From Sedimentisphaerales bacterium (GTDB taxonomy: Bacteria; Planctomycetota; Phycisphaerae; Sedimentisphaerales; Anaerobacaceae): a stretch of DNA of 64,000 nucleotides. This document shows positions 9,679-19,821 of this stretch, one piece after another (the stretch's first letter is position 1; every line of letters starts with the position of its first letter). The position numbers and the translations under genes were made by a program. The notes under the pieces were generated by a model. That model worked only from the letters and a program-made list of their open reading frames with translations, was not told where the DNA came from and made no database searches. The stretch covers positions 1-64,000 of the forward strand of contig JAXGYC010000009.1 in the NCBI GenBank assembly GCA_040772485.1, written 5' to 3'.

Positions 9679-10662
9679 ATGAGTTGCGCAGGATTGGACA
9701 AACGACTTGCGATCATATGTGTGGGTGTGCTGGCCGGCGGTCTGCTGACGCGAGCGTATGGATTCGCCGGTGGCACAGGGGAACAGCAGGGCAGCCCGCC
9801 TCCCGTCAATGTCATGACGCCGGAAGACTGGGACTATTTCTGGAAGCTGCCGCCCGCCAGTCGCGACGCCTGCATGCAGGCCAGGGATGAGCGACACCGT
9901 AGAGAGATGGAGGAATACTGGCAGAGGGAGCGGATCGAGAACCGCAAGAGAGCGCAGGCCGCACAGGAAAGGGCCAGGACAGAAGAGCAAAGGTGTTTGA
10001 GGCTGGCGCTTGGAGTCTCGGACGAGCAGTGGCAGACACTCGGACCTAAGCTGCGCAGAATCCGGGAACTGAAGAGGCAGGCGGGCCTGACGATAGCCTC
10101 GGCGCCGCGATTCGATGCGAACGATGTCCGCGTCCCTTTCGACGAGAAACTCCACGGATACGAGCGGATCACCACTACCAGGAGCGGTTCAGGCGGCTAT
10201 ACACGGTGGAGCAGTCCCAGCGGCGGCCAGATTCGCGGCGGCGTGTCCGCACGAGGGGGCGGCAGCGCCGGAGGTGCGAGCTTCGGCAGCAGCGCGACTG
10301 AAGTGTCTGCCGGTGCCGGTACAGGTGGAGGATTCGCCGGCGGCAGTTGGTCCGGCAGCGGCATGGGCGGAGGGTTTGCCTCCGGCAGCGCTGGTGGTCG
10401 GTCGTTCAGCACGCCGTTCGCCTGGAGGCAGTTGGAGCGGGAAGACTACGAGCCCAGCGAAGGCGAGCGGCTCTGCGAGGAGCTTTTCGTCCTTCTCGAA
10501 GACGAGAACGCCGACAAGGTGAAGATCGCACAGAAGACCGAAGCGCTCCAGCGCTTTCGAGCGGAAGCCCGGCGGGAATTGGCCGAGGTGCAGACGGAAC
10601 TGACCCCCATGCTGACGCCCCTCCAGCGGGCGCGTCTGGTCCTGATGGGCTATCTCGATTGA
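9679..10662 (+). CDS. Exported helical protein, paralogue 3
   Basis: VSDEQWQTLGPKL, GERLCEEL, TPLQRARLVLMGYLD; long Gly/Ser insert. Confidence 0.8.
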   Translation: MSCAGLDKRLAIICVGVLAGGLLTRAYGFAGGTGEQQGSPPPVNVMTPEDWDYFWKLPPASRDACMQARDERHRREMEEYWQRERIENRKRAQAAQERARTEEQRCLRLALGVSDEQWQTLGPKLRRIRELKRQAGLTIASAPRFDANDVRVPFDEKLHGYERITTTRSGSGGYTRWSSPSGGQIRGGVSARGGGSAGGASFGSSATEVSAGAGTGGGFAGGSWSGSGMGGGFASGSAGGRSFSTPFAWRQLEREDYEPSEGERLCEELFVLLEDENADKVKIAQKTEALQRFRAEARRELAEVQTELTPMLTPLQRARLVLMGYLD

Positions 10663-10894
10663 CTGTTCGCGGCGAATTTCTCGCATTGATGCGAAGAATT
10701 GAGCCGGATTTTGCACAAAAGCGCGAAACGCAGGCCGAGTACATGGGACTTAAGATATGAGTGGGAGTGGTGCATCTCGCGTGGGCGCAGGGGGGCGGGA
10801 TGGGCCTCGGCAGATGGACGCAAAGGCACAGTCGACGTAGACTGGGCATAAGGATGTACTTGTTACGAGGCGACCTTTTTCAGGAGGGAAAGCC

Positions 10895-11833
10895 ATGCGA
10901 AGCGAAAGACTCAACAAGTTGTTTGCCATCATTCTGTGCACTGGTGTGCTGGCGGGCGTGTTGGCCGCCCAGGAGCCGCCGGATGCGGCCGAGGCCTTCG
11001 AGCCCTACTGGCGCTCGGTCACGCTGCAATCGCAGCTCTACAACCCGGTCGAAGAACCCGACCGCGACCCGAATGCCCAGACCACGTTGCAGATCTCCGG
11101 CAGCGTTCGGATCCTCGACTACACCGGCCTGATCGGTGTGGAGATGACACAAAGGGAGGCCATCGTGTGGGACCAGGACGGTGTGGAGATCTACAACTCC
11201 GTCGATGGTCCGTCGCTCAGCCGCACGTATCAGTCGATCGAGGACGCCACACGCCTGTCTGCGGTGATTGGAAGAGACGATGAATTCCATTTTGGCGTGA
11301 GTTTCCCTGTCGATCGCGCGCTGGGCTATCCGTCGGCGCTGAGCCGTGTAGAGTGGTCTCTGGACGTCCTGATGGCCGATGCGTTCGAGGTGGTCGACGT
11401 TCCCTTCGAGCCCAATGAAACCTCGATCGAGTTGATGCCCGGGCTGGAAATCCTCGTACAGGAGGCCACGGCGGAGGAGGGCCGATACAGCTACCGCATC
11501 CAGGCGAGCTACGACCCCAATCTCGTCTCCTATTCCATGGGATCCTGGCATTTCTTCCGCGACGAGGTTCCCCCGCCCGTGATGCTGGTCAAGATGGACC
11601 TGCTCAATGCAGAGGGCAAGTCGGTGTGGGATGTGAGCAGTTCGGGCAGCTCCGGCTCGAGCTCGGGCACGAGCGCTCGTTTGTCCGATGGCCTGATGGT
11701 CGCCACGAGTTCCGGCAGCGGCCGGTGCAGCGCCTGCGGCGACGTGACGACGATTCGCTATACGGTCGCCCTGGCCCCCTATGAGCGGCAGGTCGCCTTG
11801 GCCCTGGAGAACATTCCGGTCCCCGGCTTCTGA
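10895..11833 (+). CDS. Secreted hypothetical protein
   Basis: AGGAGGG RBS, Sec signal peptide, GC-biased codon usage. Confidence 0.75.
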   Translation: MRSERLNKLFAIILCTGVLAGVLAAQEPPDAAEAFEPYWRSVTLQSQLYNPVEEPDRDPNAQTTLQISGSVRILDYTGLIGVEMTQREAIVWDQDGVEIYNSVDGPSLSRTYQSIEDATRLSAVIGRDDEFHFGVSFPVDRALGYPSALSRVEWSLDVLMADAFEVVDVPFEPNETSIELMPGLEILVQEATAEEGRYSYRIQASYDPNLVSYSMGSWHFFRDEVPPPVMLVKMDLLNAEGKSVWDVSSSGSSGSSSGTSARLSDGLMVATSSGSGRCSACGDVTTIRYTVALAPYERQVALALENIPVPGF

Positions 11834-11861
11834 GAAACTCGTCCCAGCAATAACGACCATC

Positions 11862-11899
11862 CCAGGGGCGGCCAGCGGAGGCGGCCGCCCTTGGTTTTT
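11862..11899 (+). terminator. Intrinsic terminator
   Basis: CCAGGGGCGGCC / GGCCGCCCTTGG stem followed by TTTTT. Confidence 0.75.
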
Positions 11900-11949
11900 G
11901 CGCACTTCCTGCGAGCGAAGAAATTCTTCCGGAATTTTCAGTTTTCCTG

Positions 11950-11997
11950 TTGGCGCCTTCTACGGATGTAGTAGAATGCTACTACGGCTGTAGAAGG
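11950..11997 (+). promoter_or_regulatory. blaI promoter with two BlaI/MecI/CopY-type operator boxes
   Basis: CTACGGATGTAG (11960-71) and CTACGGCTGTAG (11982-93), 22 bp apart, flank TAGAAT (11972-77); TTGGCG at 11950-55; boxes resemble TACAnnTGTA. Confidence 0.8.
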
Positions 11998-12007
11998 AGT
12001 AGCACTT

Positions 12008-12382
12008 ATGAAGCTCACTGAAGCAGAATGGCAGATCATGAAGGCGTTGTGGGAGAAGCACCCGGCGACGGCCCGCGAGATCATGGAGCGGCTGCCGGCG
12101 GGGGTCAAATGGGCCTACACCACAATAAAGACCATGCTCACGCGACTGGTAGATAAGCAGGTCGTCAGTGAAGCCAAGCAGGGCAACACGAGCGTGTATG
12201 ACCCGCTGATCTCGCAGCGCAAGGCTCGACTCAGTGCGTTTCGCTCGCTGCTGGAGACGGCCTTCGACGGCGCCATGGGGCCGCTGGTCCACTTCCTCGT
12301 CGAGGAGGAGCAGCTCACCCCGAAGCAGAAGCGCGAACTGGCCAGGCTCGTGGAAGATCAGGCCAAGGGAGAGACCAAATGA
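12008..12382 (+). CDS. BlaI/MecI/CopY-family repressor
   Basis: LTEAEWQIMKALW, WAYTTIKTMLTRLVDK, FDGA..PLVHFLV. Confidence 0.93.
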   Translation: MKLTEAEWQIMKALWEKHPATAREIMERLPAGVKWAYTTIKTMLTRLVDKQVVSEAKQGNTSVYDPLISQRKARLSAFRSLLETAFDGAMGPLVHFLVEEEQLTPKQKRELARLVEDQAKGETK

Positions 12383-14988
12383 TCGAGTACGTCAATGCCA
12401 TTGCCCGCCTGTGGTGGGATTGGACCGCCGCCATGTTCTGGCAGGTGGGTCTATTGATCGTTCTGATCGCCTGTATCGACCGTCTGATCCGGCGGTGGGC
12501 CTGGCCGCAGTTGCGGTATGCGCTGTGGTCGCTGATCCTCATCAAGCTGGTCTTGCCGCCGACGCTGTCGCTGCCGAGCGGCGTGGTGCCGCAGTTGCGC
12601 CCGGCCGTGGAGCAGGCCGCCCGGTGGATGGATTCCGAGAGGTCCATCGCTGCGGAAAGCCCCATTCTTCGCGCGCTTCATGAGAATGCGGCTGCTGTCG
12701 CTATCATGGAGCCGGTACCCCCCGTGCGCGCCGGCTTCGCCATGGTCGAATCATGCGGTTCTGTCGAGGGTGAAGGCCTTCGGGATGGCGTGGTTGCCTG
12801 CACGAAGCCCGTAGGGGCGAATGATTACTCGTCCCTACCCGTTGCCACACCGCGAAATCCACAATCCGATCCGCCTGTGGCGGACCGTGATCCGCAATTG
12901 TCATGGCAGTTCCATGCGATGGCGACATGGCTCGCAGGAACGCTGATTCTGGGAATATGGCTGCTGCTCAGATTGCACTCGTTAGTCGGCCGGCACACCA
13001 ACCGTGCGGCGGAGACGTCTCTGCCGCAATCCTTCTACAGCCATCTGGCCGGCTGCGCGGAGCGTCTGGGGCTGCGGACCATTCCCAGGGTCATCGTGGT
13101 CAGGCAACTGGCCACGCCCGCGGTGTTCGGGGTCTTCCGGCCGGTCCTGCTCATGCCCAAAGGCTATCTGAGCAGGCTGAGCCGACGGGACACCGAGCAC
13201 ATGCTCCTGCACGAGCTGGCGCACATCCGCAGGGGCGATCTGCACACGCACGGCCTCTACATGCTGTTGCAGATCGTGTACTGGTACAACCCCTTGCTCT
13301 GGCTGGCACGCCGGCAACTGCACCATCTGCGGGAGCTGTCGTGCGACGCCACGGTCGCTAACCTGCTGCGTGAGCAGACGAGCGCCTATCGCCAGACGCT
13401 TCTGGAGACCGCCCGGCGTTTCCTGGCCCGCTCGACCGAGCCGGGCCTGGGCCTGCTGGGCCTGTTTGAAGATGCTAACCGTTTGGTAGTCCGCCTGGAC
13501 TGGTTGGCTAAGCCAACCTGGAGGTATAGAACCATGAAACATGTATTCGTGCTCGCTGTTGTGGCGCTGATGTTCGCCTGCGTGCTGCCGATGGCGCAGG
13601 GGCAGAACAGCGCGCCCGCTGTCGCGGAAAACAAGTCAACCGATCAGATTGAAGAGGAGACCCCGTCGTCACAGGAGCTTGCGGAGTTGCAGGCAAGACT
13701 TGAGAAGCTGGAGATCGAAAGACAGAAGCTCCAGAAGGAGCTCCAAACGCTGGAGCAGGCCCGCCGGAAGGCGAAAGAGGCCCAGGCCCAGAGCGCCGAG
13801 GCCGGCAAAGAGGCCAAGAAGGCCAAAGACGCGGCCGACAAAGCCCGGCTCAAGGCCAAGGAGGCCCAGGCCCATGCCATGCAGGCCCATATGGACACGG
13901 AGGAGTATCAGGAGTGGGCCAAGGAGATGCAGACTTGGGCCGAGCAGATGCAGCAGTGGCAGCAGAGCCCTGAAATGCAGGCCTGGCAGAAGGCCGTCGA
14001 ACAGTGGCAGAACAGTGACGAGTGGAAACAGTGGGAAAAGGACGTGCAGACGTGGGGCCAGGAATATGGCGACGCTGATGCTCCTGCCGACGTCCCGCCC
14101 GTGCGGCCGATGCCACCGATGCCGGCCATGCCCCCCATGCCTGCGATGCCTGCGGTGCCCAGTGGCCCGGCGCCCGCTGCGCCGCACCCCATGCCGATGC
14201 CCATGCCGGTCCTTCCGGCGATGCCGCAGGTGCACGTGCCCGCCATGCCGGAGATCCACGTGCCGGATATGCCCCCGGTGAACGTCAACGTGCAGCACGA
14301 CGACAGCAGGGCCAAAGCAGAGGAAACGATGCACTTCACGTCGCCTCTGGTTGATGGTGGACTCCTGATTGTGGAGAACCGGGTCGGGGCCATCAATGTG
14401 CGCGGTGGCTCGACGAATGAGTGCCGCGTCGATGTCAAGGTCACGGCCCGAGCGGAGACGGAGGAAGAGGCCCGGGCGATGGCCAAGACGGTGACCATGA
14501 AGCTGGAGAACACCGACACGCGCTTCTTCATCCGGCCTGTCAAGCCGGACGACAGCGATTGGAGCAACCTCGACGTGGCCTTTGAGATCACCGTGCCTCG
14601 TAAGGTGAATCTCCAGCTCACCACCGACGTCGGACACGTCCATCTCCGCGACGTGCAGGGCCAGATCAAGGTCAAAGCGAACGTCGGCGCGATCAAGACC
14701 GAAAGCGTGCGAGGCGATATCGAACTGGAAACCAACGTCGGCAACGTCGACTTCGTCGCACCGGACGACCTGTCGGCCAAAGTTACAGCGCTAACGAACA
14801 TGGGCTCGATCAAGAGCGATCTGCCAATCCAGGTGGGCAGCAAGGCGCAGGCGGGCCAGGGCCATCCGCAGATATCGATGGGTAGCACCGCCGCCGGCAC
14901 GCTGGGCGCCGGCGAAGGAACCGTGAAGCTGAAATCCAACGTCGGCTCGATCTCCATTCGGTCCAAAGCTCCGCCGACAAATCCGTGA
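12379..14988 (+). CDS. BlaR1-like M56 metallopeptidase with coiled coil, Pro/Met-rich linker and DUF4097-like C-terminal domain
   Basis: HELAHIRRGD, YWYNPLLW, RELSCD; C-terminal repeats T.VG.I/V typical of DUF4097. Confidence 0.9.
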   Translation: MIEYVNAIARLWWDWTAAMFWQVGLLIVLIACIDRLIRRWAWPQLRYALWSLILIKLVLPPTLSLPSGVVPQLRPAVEQAARWMDSERSIAAESPILRALHENAAAVAIMEPVPPVRAGFAMVESCGSVEGEGLRDGVVACTKPVGANDYSSLPVATPRNPQSDPPVADRDPQLSWQFHAMATWLAGTLILGIWLLLRLHSLVGRHTNRAAETSLPQSFYSHLAGCAERLGLRTIPRVIVVRQLATPAVFGVFRPVLLMPKGYLSRLSRRDTEHMLLHELAHIRRGDLHTHGLYMLLQIVYWYNPLLWLARRQLHHLRELSCDATVANLLREQTSAYRQTLLETARRFLARSTEPGLGLLGLFEDANRLVVRLDWLAKPTWRYRTMKHVFVLAVVALMFACVLPMAQGQNSAPAVAENKSTDQIEEETPSSQELAELQARLEKLEIERQKLQKELQTLEQARRKAKEAQAQSAEAGKEAKKAKDAADKARLKAKEAQAHAMQAHMDTEEYQEWAKEMQTWAEQMQQWQQSPEMQAWQKAVEQWQNSDEWKQWEKDVQTWGQEYGDADAPADVPPVRPMPPMPAMPPMPAMPAVPSGPAPAAPHPMPMPMPVLPAMPQVHVPAMPEIHVPDMPPVNVNVQHDDSRAKAEETMHFTSPLVDGGLLIVENRVGAINVRGGSTNECRVDVKVTARAETEEEARAMAKTVTMKLENTDTRFFIRPVKPDDSDWSNLDVAFEITVPRKVNLQLTTDVGHVHLRDVQGQIKVKANVGAIKTESVRGDIELETNVGNVDFVAPDDLSAKVTALTNMGSIKSDLPIQVGSKAQAGQGHPQISMGSTAAGTLGAGEGTVKLKSNVGSISIRSKAPPTNP
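12811..12838 (+). repeat. REP family A copy in frame inside the M56 gene
   Basis: GTAGGGGCGAATGATTACTCGTCCCTAC, read as VGANDYSSL. Confidence 0.85.
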
Positions 14989-15050
14989 TCGTCGACATGC
15001 GTTGACCCCAGAATCGTAAGATTCTGGCAGGACGTGCATCCCTTTCCACC

Positions 15051-15079
15051 AGGCCGGGTCCACACACCCCGGCCTTTTT
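15051..15079 (+). terminator. Intrinsic terminator after the M56 gene
   Basis: AGGCCGGG / CCCGGCCT stem followed by a T-run. Confidence 0.7.
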
Positions 15080-15136
15080 CGCTGCGCTGCTCCGGCCACA
15101 AGGGTGGACTGCTGTTTCCCGATGTCCGTCTGAATC

Positions 15137-15165
15137 TTGCGGATGGTCTGGGCCGCAGGTACAAT
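15137..15165 (+). promoter_or_regulatory. Sigma70-type promoter
   Basis: TTGCGG-N17-TACAAT, 30 bp upstream of the start codon. Confidence 0.6.
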
Positions 15166-15195
15166 CTAAAGGTACGATTATCGGGAGGAATTCAG

Positions 15196-17454
15196 ATGCG
15201 TAAACGAATGAACACGCGCACAGGACTTCTGTCAGCCGCCTTTCTGGTCTTCATCGCGTGCCACAGCTTCGTTGCGGACAGGGTCTGTATCGCGGCGTCT
15301 GCCGTTTCGTCCCGGCGCGCCGGGATGGAGACCGCGATAAGAGCAGGGGACCTGCAAATGGTCCTGGCGAAGAAGGAGCAGGGCCTGTGCATCGTCGGCC
15401 TGACCGATCTGGCCACGAACCAGGAGCTGTGTCCTGCCGAGCCGGCGCCGCTGTTCTCGGTGGTATTGCGCGATGTGCAGACCAAGGACCTGCTCACCGT
15501 CACTGCTGACTCCGGCTGGAAACAGGTCGATGTGGCATCCAGCGGCATCACCGGAATGCATACGCTTGCTTTTGCTGCCCCGATGGATGATCGACTTCAA
15601 GGTATCCGTGTCGAAGTGACACTCAAAGTCGAGGCTGACGACAGCGCGCTGACGTGGGACCTGCACATCGCGAACGACAGTCCCCGATGGGCTCTGTGGC
15701 ACATCGTCTTTCCGCAGGCGTCGGTGCGGGACTTGGGTGAGGGCGGCAAGGTGTTCGCACAGGTTACCTCCGGCGTAGAGCTTTCGGAGATGTGGACCAA
15801 AGGCGGCAAACGTGGCGGGCCCTATCCCGGCGGCTGGACGTGCATGCAGTACATGGCTGCCTACAACCGGACGAAACGGACCGGGCTTTATGTGGGCATG
15901 CACGACCCGTTCGGCTCCACGAAAACCATCTTCGCGGAAGGCCTGCCCGCCAAACAGGCGGTGCTCTTCACGTTCGACCATCCAGCGCCCGACATGGGCA
16001 AGCCCGGCATCGGCTTCGACCTGCCCGGCCAAGCCCGCTGGCAACTGCTGCGAGGCGACTGGTTCGACGCAGCGCAGATCTACCGCGCCTGGGCGATGCG
16101 GGAAGCTCGATGGTGGCCTGCGCTTGGACCCAATGGCCGCGAGGACACGCCGAACTGGATGCGAGAGCTGCCCGCCTGGGTCATGACAGGAGGGGCCGCA
16201 TCCGACTGCGTTCCGCAAGTACGCAAGTTCGCCGAGACGATCGGTTTGCCTACGGGTTTTCACTGGTACAACTGGCACCAGATTCCCTTCGATAACGACT
16301 ATCCCCACTACTTCCCGGTCAAGGACGGCTTCGCCGAGGGCGTCGCAGAGTTGAAGGCCGCCGGCGTTCACCCGATGCCCTACATCAACGGACGGCTGTG
16401 GGACACGCGCGACAAGGGCGCCGAGGACTGGGCTTTCAGCCGGACGGCTCTGCCCGCCGCGACCAAGGACGAAGACGCCAAGCCGTGCACCGAAAGCTAC
16501 GGCAGCAAAGAGACCGACGGCAACAGCGTCACGCTGGCGGTCATGTGTCCGACTACGAGCCTGTGGCAGGACCGCGTCGGGGACATTGTCCTTCGCTTGT
16601 TCAACGAATACGGTGTGCGCGGCGTGTACATCGACCAGATTGCCGCCGCCCAGCCGCGACTGTGCTTTGATGCCTCGCATGGTCACCTGCTTGGCGGGGG
16701 GCACTGGTGGACCGAGGGCTACTGGACAATGCTCGACACGATCCGCGCCGCCAAGCCCGCCGACCGCATGCTCACCACCGAGTGCAACGCCGAACCATAC
16801 ATCAAATGGCTCGACGGCTACCTCACCTGGCACTGGCAGCAGCAGGACATGGTTCCGGCATTCTCGGCGGTTTACAGCGGAACCGTCCAGATGTTCGGAC
16901 GGGCCTATCGCGGCGGCCCGACCCAGGACCTCGCCAACCGCATGAAGGCCGCACAGCAACTGGTCTATGGCGAGCAGATCGGCTGGTTCGGACCGGAGAT
17001 CATCGAGCGGGCTGATTGTTGGTCGTTCCTGCGCGACTGCATCCAACTGCGCTGGCGGCTCCGCGAGTACTTCTGCCGAGGCCACATGGACCGCCCGCCG
17101 CACCTGGAAGGACCCGTCCCGACCGTGACCGCCGACTGGCAATGGAGCGGCGAGTGGCTGGTTACGACCGATGCGATTCTGACCGGCGCCTGGCGAATTC
17201 TCCAGGACGGCAAGGTTGTACTGCTGTTCGCAAACGTCTCCGATGCCCCCTATGCCGGCCGCCTCGACCTGAACCCCGCCGACTACGGCCTCGCCGCCAA
17301 GCCGGTAACGGTTGCTGCAATCCGCCCGGGTGGCAGCGGTCCGCCGCAGGCCGACAGTGAAACGGAGTTTGCCGATGGCCTGAACCGCGCCGAAATGCAA
17401 CTGCCCCCTCGAAGCGTCCTCGCCTGGGAGATCCGACCGACCAGCGGCAATTGA
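15196..17454 (+). CDS. DUF6259-like secreted putative glycoside hydrolase
   Basis: GGGAGG RBS; signal-like N-terminus; HWYNWHQIPFDNDYPHYFP, PYINGRLWD, GVYIDQIAA motifs. Confidence 0.7.
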   Translation: MRKRMNTRTGLLSAAFLVFIACHSFVADRVCIAASAVSSRRAGMETAIRAGDLQMVLAKKEQGLCIVGLTDLATNQELCPAEPAPLFSVVLRDVQTKDLLTVTADSGWKQVDVASSGITGMHTLAFAAPMDDRLQGIRVEVTLKVEADDSALTWDLHIANDSPRWALWHIVFPQASVRDLGEGGKVFAQVTSGVELSEMWTKGGKRGGPYPGGWTCMQYMAAYNRTKRTGLYVGMHDPFGSTKTIFAEGLPAKQAVLFTFDHPAPDMGKPGIGFDLPGQARWQLLRGDWFDAAQIYRAWAMREARWWPALGPNGREDTPNWMRELPAWVMTGGAASDCVPQVRKFAETIGLPTGFHWYNWHQIPFDNDYPHYFPVKDGFAEGVAELKAAGVHPMPYINGRLWDTRDKGAEDWAFSRTALPAATKDEDAKPCTESYGSKETDGNSVTLAVMCPTTSLWQDRVGDIVLRLFNEYGVRGVYIDQIAAAQPRLCFDASHGHLLGGGHWWTEGYWTMLDTIRAAKPADRMLTTECNAEPYIKWLDGYLTWHWQQQDMVPAFSAVYSGTVQMFGRAYRGGPTQDLANRMKAAQQLVYGEQIGWFGPEIIERADCWSFLRDCIQLRWRLREYFCRGHMDRPPHLEGPVPTVTADWQWSGEWLVTTDAILTGAWRILQDGKVVLLFANVSDAPYAGRLDLNPADYGLAAKPVTVAAIRPGGSGPPQADSETEFADGLNRAEMQLPPRSVLAWEIRPTSGN

Positions 17455-17702
17455 GTATCTGCGACAGCAACGATTGTGTTCATCATGCTCGACCGCCCTG
17501 CATCGGCATTGATGCCCATTTCTGCACGACCTCGGCCTATCCCGGATTTCGCAGAGAAAATCCGTAACGTTGGGGGCTCCGGATGGACCTTGTTGTACAG
17601 CAGAGTACTGGCGGTAGTTCAATGACGACAGAGGCACGACCTCGCCGCGGTGCTCGGGTGTGGCCCAACGTCTTGCGCGAAGACCAGTTAGGAGGAAGCG
17701 CC

Positions 17703-19640
17703 ATGTTGAAGACAAGGCCGTATCGGCTTCTTATTGTTGCTGTCTGTCTGTGCATGGCGGGTGCGAGCGACGCGGAATGGCACGTTATCTACGTAGACCC
17801 CTCGGCGACCGGGGCCAATGACGGGTCCTCGTGGGTGAATGCGTACGTCCGGCTCCAGGAGGTACTGGCGGAAGCGGCCCCGGCCGCCAAGCCCATTGAG
17901 ATTCGCGTCGCCCAGGGCGTTTGCGACGTCCATTTCCCGGGGGTGTTCAGCCCGCTCGCCGAGGTGGTGTTCAAAGGCGGCTACGCCGGGCTGGCCGGTG
18001 CCGAACCCAATGATCGGGACCCGGTCGGCCGTGCCACCATCATCAGCGATGACCTCAGTATCGTGAACACCGCCTCTCTGCTTACGTTTGACGGGTTCAC
18101 GTTCATGCACGCCGGTCCATTCGGCGGCATCAACATGCGCACGGTGAATTCCGCCTTCGTCGATTGTCGCTTCGTCAGCACGGACAGTTGCTACGATGGT
18201 GCGATTGAGGCCTCGGATTGCAGCTCGGTCCTGATGGGCTGCCGCTTCGAAGGCAGCGCGTGGCAAGCGATCTACTGGCAGGACGGCGATCTGACCTTGA
18301 GGGATTGCACCTTTGCCCAGAAGGAGCACAGTGCGGTGAGTTTTGCCGGGCCCCTGAGGAGGCTGGAGATGTCGCACTGCTCCTTTGCGGACAACGGCCA
18401 GGCGATCCGCTGCCATGGGACGCTCGCAGCACACGCCTGCACATTCGCCGGGAACGGCCGGTTCGCCGCGCCCGTCGAGTGCCGGGGTGACAGCACGTTC
18501 ACGGACTGTCGTTTCACCAACAACGTTGCGGCCGCCTTCCATCCTGGTGCGGTGCGCGTCTATGATGGAAACGTGACCATGAGCCGGTGCCTGTTCGCGG
18601 GCAATGCCACGGAAGGATGGAGCGCAGGTGCCATTTCGAGCAGCGAGGTGGTGTTGAACCTCTCCAACTGCCTCTTTGCGGGTAACGTCTCCAAAGGGAA
18701 CGGAGCCGCCGTAATTGGACACTATGGGCCGATCCTGCGGATATCGAACGGCACGTTCGTCGACAATCGCGGACAACGCGACACGATCTCGCACGGCCCC
18801 GCGGAAGCCCTGGCCGAAATGACCCAGAGCATCGTCCGTGACGGTCCGAATCCCTTCCGCCGCCCGCTCGCCGTCCGTTCCAGCAATGTCGAGGGAGGCT
18901 ACGCAGGCGAAGGAAACATCGACGTCGATCCGCAATTTGTCGCACCGGGATACTGGGACCCCAACGGCACACCGGACGATCCGAACGACGATGTCTACGT
19001 CCTGGGCGACTACCACCTGAAGTCTCAGGCCGGGCACTGGAACGAAGAGACCGAAAGCTGGGTCCTTGATGATGTCACGAGCCCCTGCATCGACGTGGGC
19101 GATCCGAATGCCCCGCTGGGCGACGAGCCCTTCCCCAACGGGGGTTACATCAACTTGGGTGCCTATGGTGGCACTGCCGAAGCGAGCCGGTCCTACTTCG
19201 GCGGGCCGGTCTGTGAGACCCGGATCGCCGGCGATATCAACGGTGATTGCCAGGTCGACGATCTTGATCTCGACATCCTGATGTCCCACTGGCTGATGGA
19301 TGGAACCATTCCGCCCAATATCCCGCCGACTATCACGATCGCCAGTCCCGAGAACGACGCCGAACTGACGGAACCGACGCCGATCATCTTCCGCGTTGAA
19401 GCCTCTGACTCGGACGGGACCATCGTACAGGTCGCATACAAGTTGACATGGGATGAGGTCGACGCCCATTCGGAGACATCCATATCCGTCTGGGATTCCA
19501 CAGATGGCTGGGCAGTTGAATACGGGTGGATATGGGTGCCACATTATGGAGTCTGGGAGGTGCGGGCCGAGGCGATTGACGACGACGGCGCGCGAGCCGT
19601 TTCGGCCCCAATTACGTTCACCCTGCACCCGCCCGAGTGA
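17703..19640 (+). CDS. Secreted right-handed beta-helix protein with dockerin-like and Ig-like C-terminus
   Basis: YVDPSATGANDGSSW, repeated CxFxxN, GDYHLKSQAG, SPCIDVGDP, GDINGDCQVD. Confidence 0.8.
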   Translation: MLKTRPYRLLIVAVCLCMAGASDAEWHVIYVDPSATGANDGSSWVNAYVRLQEVLAEAAPAAKPIEIRVAQGVCDVHFPGVFSPLAEVVFKGGYAGLAGAEPNDRDPVGRATIISDDLSIVNTASLLTFDGFTFMHAGPFGGINMRTVNSAFVDCRFVSTDSCYDGAIEASDCSSVLMGCRFEGSAWQAIYWQDGDLTLRDCTFAQKEHSAVSFAGPLRRLEMSHCSFADNGQAIRCHGTLAAHACTFAGNGRFAAPVECRGDSTFTDCRFTNNVAAAFHPGAVRVYDGNVTMSRCLFAGNATEGWSAGAISSSEVVLNLSNCLFAGNVSKGNGAAVIGHYGPILRISNGTFVDNRGQRDTISHGPAEALAEMTQSIVRDGPNPFRRPLAVRSSNVEGGYAGEGNIDVDPQFVAPGYWDPNGTPDDPNDDVYVLGDYHLKSQAGHWNEETESWVLDDVTSPCIDVGDPNAPLGDEPFPNGGYINLGAYGGTAEASRSYFGGPVCETRIAGDINGDCQVDDLDLDILMSHWLMDGTIPPNIPPTITIASPENDAELTEPTPIIFRVEASDSDGTIVQVAYKLTWDEVDAHSETSISVWDSTDGWAVEYGWIWVPHYGVWEVRAEAIDDDGARAVSAPITFTLHPPE

Positions 19641-19821
19641 TCTTCGCGCATACCGCGTTCCATGCACCCACCGTCGGAATTTGCCAGCCTCGGCGCCGCA
19701 GCACGGTGACGAGTCGTCGTCTTCTGTGACGATCCTGGGGAAGGGGCTGGGTTTGAGACATCGGAGAGGTTAGAATCCCTTTCGACAGTTTCATCCAAAT
19801 GCTGAAAGGAGTTGCGACCTC

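Noticed and set aside
14100..14280. ATGCC-rich repeats as a DNA-level repeat element
   Set aside because: They are explained by the Pro/Met-rich protein linker with synonymous variation.
12008..14988. Beta-lactam resistance locus
   Set aside because: No beta-lactamase gene or penicillin-binding sensor domain is present.
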